DNA from: Octopus bimaculoides
Lineage: Eukaryota
Direction of reading: 5' to 3'
Assembly: GCF_001194135.2 (NCBI RefSeq)
Contig: NC_069000.1
Location: forward strand, 20,510,710-20,574,709
Length of the DNA stretch: 64,000 bases
Below, piece by piece: positions 55,033 through 64,000 of this stretch. The notes under the pieces were generated by a model. The model saw nothing but the letters and a program-made list of their open reading frames with translations, had not been told where the DNA came from and ran no database searches. Both the position numbers and the translations under genes were made by a program. Every line of letters begins with the position of its first letter. Within the stretch, counting starts at the first letter, position 1.

Positions 55033-55931
55033 NNNNNNNNNNNNNNNNNNNNNNNNNNNNNNNNNNNNNNNNNNNNNNNNNNNNNNNNNNNNNNNNNNNN
55101 NNNNNNNNNNNNNNNNNNNNNNNNNNNNNNNNNNNNNNNNNNNNNNNNNNNNNNNNNNNNNNNNNNNNNNNNNNNNNNNNNNNNNNNNNNNNNNNNNNNN
55201 NNNNNNNNNNNNNNNNNNNNNNNNNNNNNNNNNNNNNNNNNNNNNNNNNNNNNNNNNNNNNNNNNNNNNNNNNNNNNNNNNNNNNNNNNNNNNNNNNNNN
55301 NNNNNNNNNNNNNNNNNNNNNNNNNNNNNNNNNNNNNNNNNNNNNNNNNNNNNNNNNNNNNNNNNNNNNNNNNNNNNNNNNNNNNNNNNNNNNNNNNNNN
55401 NNNNNNNNNNNNNNNNNNNNNNNNNNNNNNNNNNNNNNNNNNNNNNNNNNNNNNNNNNNNNNNNNNNNNNNNNNNNNNNNNNNNNNNNNNNNNNNNNNNN
55501 NNNNNNNNNNNNNNNNNNNNNNNNNNNNNNNNNNNNNNNNNNNNNNNNNNNNNNNNNNNNNNNNNNNNNNNNNNNNNNNNNNNNNNNNNNNNNNNNNNNN
55601 NNNNNNNNNNNNNNNNNNNNNNNNNNNNNNNNNNNNNNNNNNNNNNNNNNNNNNNNNNNNNNNNNNNNNNNNNNNNNNNNNNNNNNNNNNNNNNNNNNNN
55701 NNNNNNNNNNNNNNNNNNNNNNNNNNNNNNNNNNNNNNNNNNNNNNNNNNNNNNNNNNNNNNNNNNNNNNNNNNNNNNNNNNNNNNNNNNNNNNNNNNNN
55801 NNNNNNNNNNNNNNNNNNNNNNNNNNNNNNNNNNNNNNNNNNNNNNNNNNNNNNNNNNNNNNNNNNNNNNNNNNNNNNNNNNNNNNNNNNNNNNNNNNNN
55901 NNNNNNNNNNNNNNNNNNNNNNNNNNNNNNN

Positions 55932-55997
<66 letters not shown>

Positions 55998-56284
55998 CAC
56001 ATGTATGTGTGTGTGTTATATGATATATCTATTATGATGTGTGTATATATACATATATATATATGTGTGTGTGTGTGTGTGCATGTGTATGTCTCAATGT
56101 ATGTATGTATGCATCACACACGCACACATTGTCTTTCTTTTAGATACACACACACACACATACTCACACATATTCCTCCATGATATTGACGTCACGTCAG
56201 TGAAAATTGCTGTCACAATGGCTTATTGGACGTGATATAATATAATATATATATATATATACATATATACATACATACATATAC

Positions 56285-56323
<39 letters not shown>

Positions 56324-56434
56324 CACACACACGTATGTGTGTGTATATGTATGTATATATATATATGTATGTATGCATGTATGTATGTATATATATTTAT
56401 GTATGTAAGTATGTATGTATGTATACCTTTTTTT

Positions 56435-56535
56435 GTAGTATAGTCCAGGATCTTTGTCTCCTAAGTTCAAATCCAACCGAGGACATTCTTACTTTTCATC
56501 CATTCGGGGGCCGATAAAATAAAAGTGCCAGTCAC
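56435..56535 (+). mobile_element. SINE family B-related fragment
   Basis: AAGTTCAAATCCAACCGAGG...TTTCATCCATTCGGGGGCCGATAAAATAAAAGTGCCAGTC. Confidence 0.65.
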
Positions 56536-57214
56536 GTATGAACATGCGATGAGTTAGCATTCTACGGCGAAGTAAACCCCGCCCAATCGCGTTTGCTCAG
56601 AACACAGATAAAAGCGAATACACCAGTTGGAGTCACATCGATATATATGTAACACACACACACACACACACACACACTCTAATGCGGCCAATACAGATCT
56701 TTTTCGCCCTCCCCCCCGTCTCCTGCCTTCAGTNNNNNNNNNNNNNNNNNNNNNNNNNNNNNNNNNNNNNNNNNNNNNNNNNNNNNNNNNNNNNNNNNNN
56801 NNNNNNNNNNNNNNNNNNNNNNNNNNNNNNNNNNNNNNNNNNNNNNNNNNNNNNNNNNNNNNNNNNNNNNNNNNNNNNNNNNNNNNNNNNNNNNNNNNNN
56901 NNNNNNNNNNNNNNNNNNNNNNNNNNNNNNNNNNNNNNNNNNNNNNNNNNNNNNNNNNNNNNNNNNNNNNNNNNNNNNNNNNNNNNNNNNNNNNNNNNNN
57001 NNNNNNNNNNNNNNNNNNNNNNNNNNNNNNNNNNNNNNNNNNNNNNNNNNNNNNNNNNNNNNNNNNNNNNNNNNNNNNNNNNNNNNNNNNNNNNNNNNNN
57101 NNNNNNNNNNNNNNNNNNNNNNNNNNNNNNNNNNNNNNNNNNNNNNNNNNNNNNNNNNNNNNNNNNNNNNNNNNNNNNNNNNNNNNNNNNNNNNNNNNNN
57201 NNNNNNNNNNNNNN

Positions 57215-57248
<34 letters not shown>

Positions 57249-57589
57249 GATATATTCTGTTATTTTGTTATGTATTTCAACCCTAAGGCTGTGGCCATGC
57301 TGGGGCGCAGCATGTATTTATGTATGTATATATAAGGTACAGCAAAAAACAAACTAACAAAAAAAAAACACTCCCACATGGTCCATGTAGGCATTGGTTG
57401 GGCACTGATAAAATCAGGCTGGTGGTGCGAGCGATATCTTTTCATGTAACTAATGTGTTACGAATTTATGTTACCGTTATGGTTTGGATCGGTACCTTTG
57501 CTATTGAAACCCTTATCAAGGAATAACGAATCCTAATACATACACGCACACACATACATACATACATACATACATACATACGTACGTAC

Positions 57590-57636
<47 letters not shown>

Positions 57637-57684
57637 TATAGATATATATATATATGCACATATCTATATAATATATGTACATAA

Positions 57685-57772
<88 letters not shown>

Positions 57773-57834
57773 TTATATAGACACACACATATATATATTA
57801 TGTATGTATATATATTTGTGTGTGTGTGTGTCGT

Positions 57835-58055
57835 GTTGTTTTTGTCCCTTCCACTGCTTGCCAAAGGGTGCAACTGGTATTGGCTTGTTTGCGGAGCCAT
57901 AACTTAGCGGTTCGGCATAAAGGGTAGGATGGTATAAGTAACAGACTTTGAACTAAAGACTGGGAGCGATTTGTTCGACCTAAACCCTTCAAGGCGTTGC
58001 CCCAGCATGGTCGCAGTCCATGAAGTGAAACGAGTAAGAGATGAAAGATAAAAGG
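57835..58055 (+). mobile_element. SINE family A, diverged 3' half
   Basis: AACTTAGCGGTTCGGCA...CCCCAGCATGGTCGCAGTCC..GAAACGAGTAAGAGATGAAAGA. Confidence 0.8.
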
Positions 58056-58802
58056 TATTTTACACATACACAACACACAAACATAAATACATATACACAC
58101 ATACACATATAAGCATACATATACACACATGCACTCACGGACGGCGAGAGAGCCAGACAGAAAGGAGGGACTAACTCCTACAAAGTAACTCGTATTAGTT
58201 GTATTCCATATTGCTATTTGATTCTGATCGTACAAATACATTATAAATGTAAAAGAGAGAGAGAGTGTATGTATGTTTGCGTATTAAACATATACCAAGT
58301 CGAGGGAGGCACTAATGGATCGCTTCCATATTTTCATAGTCGTCTATTTGACACTGGTTGTATAGTGCTAGCATGAAGTTATCGCCTGGTTGGTTATAAA
58401 GCTGCCTCATATGGGTGTCACCGATGCAAAATCTAGGAACCACCTTTCATCAACGTTTGGCTGCTCCTGCTAATTTTCTTCCTTGAGCAAATCTCAAAGC
58501 TGCTGCATACAACAGCCTTGTATTCAGTGGTGCCAATGAAATGTTGTGATTGGTCTCCGCCGTTTACTGCTGTTGGTTGGTTTCGTTAAAACACCAATAG
58601 AGGCGGGTTTTATTTGTACAGAAATATGAAAGATAGGCGTTTCGAAGCGTGTCCGTAACTGATTTGTGTTCTTCCACTTAACAAATACTGAATTGTTTTA
58701 TATGGTCATGCTCAGGATGTGTGTGTGCGTGTGTGTGTGTGTATGTGTGTGTGTATGTAAATATATATATATATATATATATATAAATTTACATGTATCC
58801 AT

Positions 58803-58846
<44 letters not shown>

Positions 58847-58847
58847 C

Positions 58848-58907
<60 letters not shown>

Positions 58908-59744
58908 GATATATATATACATATATATATACACACACAGATATATATATACATATATATATACACATTTATACACACACACGCAAACACACACACACAT
59001 ACACACACAGATATTTATATATATAAACTGAAAGGCTCCAATTTCCAATACCCAGGGTTTCTCGATTCCCATCATCAACTGGGAAAACGAACCTTGTTTT
59101 TGTTTTTTTGTTTTTTTTCTTCTCTGAATAGCCACTGTCTGAATATTTTTGGAAATGAGAAATCAAAGCCTTTCAGTTATAATATATTTTTACCGAGTCT
59201 TGTAATCTAACGCTTCTGAGAGTAGTATGTCTACATACTACATACATATATACATACACATATATATATATATACATATACATACACACACACACACACA
59301 CACTAACACACACATATATATATATATATATATNNNNNNNNNNNNNNNNNNNNNNNNNNNNNNNNNNNNNNNNNNNNNNNNNNNNNNNNNNNNNNNNNNN
59401 NNNNNNNNNNNNNNNNNNNNNNNNNNNNNNNNNNNNNNNNNNNNNNNNNNNNNNNNNNNNNNNNNNNNNNNNNNNNNNNNNNNNNNNNNNNNNNNNNNNN
59501 NNNNNNNNNNNNNNNNNNNNNNNNNNNNNNNNNNNNNNNNNNNNNNNNNNNNNNNNNNNNNNNNNNNNNNNNNNNNNNNNNNNNNNNNNNNNNNNNNNNN
59601 NNNNNNNNNNNNNNNNNNNNNNNNNNNNNNNNNNNNNNNNNNNNNNNNNNNNNNNNNNNNNNNNNNNNNNNNNNNNNNNNNNNNNNNNNNNNNNNNNAGA
59701 TATATAGATAGATAGATAGATAGATAGATAGATGTGTGCGTGTG

Positions 59745-61260
59745 TGTTTGTCTACAAGAGTCAGAGTTTGACACCTGCTGTAACGTTGATGCCTTTCTCT
59801 TGACACAATCGAATCCCTTCGAAAAATTTCAAATGCAATCGGTGCCTTGATTGGCTCTGGACTCTTCTGTAATTCTTCTAATAGTAAACCTCTGTGGTAC
59901 TACTGAAATATTTGCCTCTGGTGATGTCATTTAGGTTCAATCCAAGGAACTGGATTATTATGAAGGGAAATTATATTAAGGCTCCCAGAATCCCGGAGTT
60001 AGAAATTTTTTGAGGCTAGAGGTGAGAGTAGTTCTGTGGCTGGTGATTGTTACATTTCTTTTGAAGTGGAATAACTGGAGGTTTATTTTCTTTCGGACTG
60101 ACCTTGCAGAATTTCACCAGATGATTTTTTAGAAGAGTGGAATTTTCCAGATAATGGCTGTGATATTTATCAGGTTGTAGTGTCTTGTGGCTTTCTAACC
60201 CTTTTATACATTTCTGAAGCTCTTCTAAAGTCACTGGAGGAACCTCTAGAATGGCAGACTTTCTGCCATTTTGAAGCTGGTGAAAGAACTGTCTTCAAGT
60301 TTGGAATTACGTATCTTTGTGTTTGGAAGCAGCTATCTAAAGTTCTAAAACTAAACCCCCAGTTGCTGATCAGTGGGACTTTTTTCTACCATGTAGATCA
60401 CTGGAGAAGCTCTCTTGTTCGTAGATTTCCTAGGAGTTGCCCAAGCAGGTATATCGTTATTCTCATTGTAAAGCTAGTTGAGTTCTTTAGTTTGGAACTT
60501 AATGTGCACTTTTAGTGTCAACTTATTTCTCTTCTTTAGGAACGATTTTAATGCCACATTTTTATTGTCAGTGGCAAGAGTATAATGCACTTCTTGTTCC
60601 CACGTCAGTCACAGAAAGTAACGATCCTGTTGTGTACTGCGACTGGTAACTCCACCTACTTTTCCCAAAATGATATTTTTTGTAGACCCTCTAGTTGGTA
60701 CTTTGTTCTTGTAGTAACTTATCTGGCATTTGCATGAAACAATTCTGTGGTCAGAATTAATATCCCCAGAAAAGTTGTAAATACATGAATTCTTGAAAGT
60801 ATTAATCCTCTCCATTCTATCTATGATGGAGTCCAGTTGAGAAAAACTACCACAGGGATGACGTTATATCCAGAGTTTACTTGCACAGTTATGGAACCTT
60901 GCATTGTTCCCAAGAAGTTTGTGTACTTCCATGAAGCCCTTCATGTACGTCCTATTTCTATAAGTGCTTCTGCTCGAATTGAATTGTGAATGCATGTCCT
61001 TACTAAGCAGTAGAATCTCAAGTTATTAGAAGTTTATGTGCTGGGATTACATTAATTGCTGTATTTAATTGCTGATATAATTGCTCAACCCTTGCTTCTG
61101 GTACTTCGTTGCGTGAGTTATAGCGGTAGAGAGCAGTAACTGTTGAGTTTCCTAACAGGTTAAATTTCATGACACACTCCGTACATTTCTTAAGACTGAT
61201 ACAGGAATTAAGAGATTTTGAGAAAGTAAGACACCCTTTCTTCCACTGGCAGCATTTCTC
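59745..61260 (-). mobile_element. Decayed APE+RT non-LTR retrotransposon (RTE-like): endonuclease and RT N-terminus
   Basis: GNSTVTALY..VEQLYQQLNTAINVIPAHKLLI(G)D, SQLDSI, SDHRIVSCK, LEELQKCIKGL, VIPLQKK, TIRRITEE..NFSKGFDCV (cf. GDFNA, SDHRIV, LRRIIE, DFSKAFDS), with many stops. Confidence 0.85.
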
Positions 61261-61952
61261 TTATTCTTCCGTGTTATTGATGTTATAAAGGTATATTCCA
61301 CACATGCCTTCAGCATGATAGCTCATCATGTATGTTCTAATGTTCTTGTAGACACATTACTTCAGTTTATACACATATGCATCGTATGCAAGTTGATCTC
61401 TGTTGGCTGTAGTCAGTATTATAGTGTTAACAATAAAGAAAAATTTACGGTAGATGAAAGTGAGTGCGCTATATTTGTCTGCATCAAGATTAGATTCGTT
61501 GCCAGTATTTAGGAACATCACGTCTTTTCCATTGGTGAGTCGGTCAATTCAGAGATTCTGACCTTGGTTTAATGCGCTATTAATTCGTCTTGTCAAATTA
61601 CTTATAAAATATACAGGGTTCAACAACTTCAGCAAACTTTTACTTGTAGGACTGAGTTTTCTTCTTCTTTTTCTTATGATTTAGTGTCCGCAATCCAAAC
61701 TGCAAGGAGGCAGCTTCTTTATTATATGGGTAATATCTCGCAGGTTTTAAGGTTGAGGAGGGTATTGGATTTAACCAAACCCCGGAGGATACAGGTAATA
61801 CCGAGTAAGTGATGTATACCGATTAGTTTGCCCCAGTCGTTGTATGAACAGGATTGGGTATTATAAGTCGTGTATTAGCGTGTGTATATGTAAATATATA
61901 AAAGCAACAGATAAAGAGAGCAAAGGTAAGATTGAAGAATTTTATGGATAGA

Positions 61953-62001
61953 GTCTTACAGCTGTTTCTGGGAAGATCCAGTACTTCCCTTCATCGGAGA
62001 C
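61953..62001 (-). ncRNA. Type-I minimal hammerhead-like motif, U4C core variant
   Basis: Reverse complement GTCT-CCGATGA-A-GGGAAG-tactggat-CTTCCC-A-GAAA-CAGCTG-TA-AGAC: 4-bp helix I, 6-bp helix II, palindromic helix III. Confidence 0.65.
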
Positions 62002-62663
62002 AGAAAAAATAAAGTAAAGTAATAATAATTATATCCATAGGCGGATATTTTTAGTATGANNNNNNNNNNNNNNNNNNNNNNNNNNNNNNNNNNNNNNNNN
62101 NNNNNNNNNNNNNNNNNNNNNNNNNNNNNNNNNNNNNNNNNNNNNNNNNNNNNNNNNNNNNNNNNNNNNNNNNNNNNNNNNNNNNNNNNNNNNNNNNNNN
62201 NNNNNNNNNNNNNNNNNNNNNNNNNNNNNNNNNNNNNNNNNNNNNNNNNNNNNNNNNNNNNNNNNNNNNNNNNNNNNNNNNNNNNNNNNNNNNNNNNNNN
62301 NNNNNNNNNNNNNNNNNNNNNNNNNNNNNNNNNNNNNNNNNNNNNNNNNNNNNNNNNNNNNNNNNNNNNNNNNNNNNNNNNNNNNNNNNNNNNNNNNNNN
62401 NNNNNNNNNNNNNNNNNNNNNNNNNNNNNNNNNNNNNNNNNNNNNNNNNNNNNNNNNNNNNNNNNNNNNNNNNNNNNNNNNNNNNNNNNNNNNNNNNNNN
62501 NNNNNNNNNNNNNNNNNNNNNNNNNNNNNNNNNNNNNNNNNNNNNNNNNNNNNNNNNNNNNNNNNNNNNNNNNNNNNNNNNNNNNNNNNNNNNNNNNNNN
62601 NNNNNNNNNNNNNNNNNNNNNNNNNNNNNNNNNNNNNNNNNNNNNNNNNNNNNNNNNNNNNNN

Positions 62664-62707
<44 letters not shown>

Positions 62708-63938
62708 AATAACAATTTGATCATCCACACTCAGAAAGCACATTCAATATTGAATCAGTAATGTGTGACTGAGGCACGAAATGAATTAGCTGTTATTGCT
62801 ACAGTTGTTTCAATGAGAGTCTATATTAGGACGTAAACATGGTACATTCTGGTGTGCAGCATGAATAACAAACCGTAAGATTATGTAATACGCTATGCAA
62901 CTCTCAACTCATCTGGTATACTTAAATATATAAGCGAGCGGTGATATGTTGACTCATCAACTAGCTTAAGTATATTTCGTAAGCGTAGGGAACTGAGCGC
63001 TGCGTAAAGTGTTACATAAATCATCGATGTATTCCGTGCCTTGATAACGTTTTACTTAACTGTCCGACTTGCGTCAGTCTGTCTAGCCAATAACTGTTTC
63101 GTACTTCGTTTTGATATGCCGCGAAATCCTTTATGGACCCCTTTAATTGTATAGATGCGTGACTACAATTTTATTTCATGATTTCTTGCCAATAGAAAAA
63201 GAGCCGGTTTCCAACCTAGATTCAAGGTTCCTTAGTGGAATTTCAGCATCAGCAACAGGGTATTTTTATTTGTATGTATGTATGCATGTATGTATGTATG
63301 TATGTATGTATGTATGTACGTACGTATGTATGTATGTATGTACATGTATTTGGACAAAAATGAACTTATATATATTAGAATACGCCTTAATATTCAATTT
63401 CGACTAGCACACAAGATTTAGCGACTTCTTTTCTTTAGCAATCCTACGTGTTCCTAGACATACTCATTCTCTACTTTATAACAACCAGAAAATTAGAACA
63501 CAAGTGACGCAAGCTTTTCTTTTGGAGACTCAAGGAAAAAATGCTCCCTCGTGGAAATCAGCTCCCCCACTGAATACCACTATGGTTAAAAAAAAATTTT
63601 AATTCGGGAGAAAGATAATATCTATGGACCATTTGTTGCAAGGTTGAAATGGAAAGCATCGTGTGTTCTTCATCGTTTTAGATCTTAAAAAGGTATTCCA
63701 GATTTTCCTTGTTAGTCATAATGCGATCATTTGTAGCATATGAAATAAGGTTCTGTGTCCCCTCTCTAAGAAACCAAAAATTCAGCCAGACTTTGCTCCA
63801 GGTGAATTTGTACATATCGATTTGCTCTGATAACAATGGATATAAATCCGGAAGTGTTTCTGATATATTGGATTTGCAAATTTATTAATGGTCTGTGAAA
63901 ATTGAATTAATAAGAGATAAAAAAAGACACTATGCGTT

Positions 63939-64000
<62 letters not shown>

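Noticed and set aside
63660-63830. IVLDLKKVFQI / PGEFVHIDL resembling LTR RT or integrase words
   Set aside because: Isolated short matches at incompatible spacing.

Overview
Eukaryotic, AT-rich, non-coding-dominated DNA from a short-read draft assembly. About 25 N-gaps cover roughly 13 kb (~20%), most bounded by (TA)n/(CA)n/(CT)n/(TAGA)n microsatellites. The microsatellite density and tRNA-derived SINE families suggest an octopus/coleoid cephalopod genome (inference). No intact protein-coding gene is supported: nearly every listed ORF is a microsatellite or gap read-through. Recognisable features are decayed mobile elements: a Penelope-like element (RT C-terminus + GIY-YIG), two RTE-type LINE fragments, two mariner fragments, a probable hAT remnant, about 12 SINE copies or fragments in two families, a 205-bp foldback element, degenerate minisatellites and several gap-flanking duplications that are probably assembly artefacts. 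The most notable signal is four different minimal type-I hammerhead-ribozyme-like motifs with palindromic helix III (9285, 9795, 50487, 61953). The one at 9795 has an intact core and lies in a ~650-bp non-coding unit with a perfect 126-bp palindrome and terminal direct repeats, i.e. a candidate non-autonomous Penelope/retrozyme-like element. A few isolated splice/start signals near 26.7 kb and 39.8-44.2 kb hint at a host gene but are weak.
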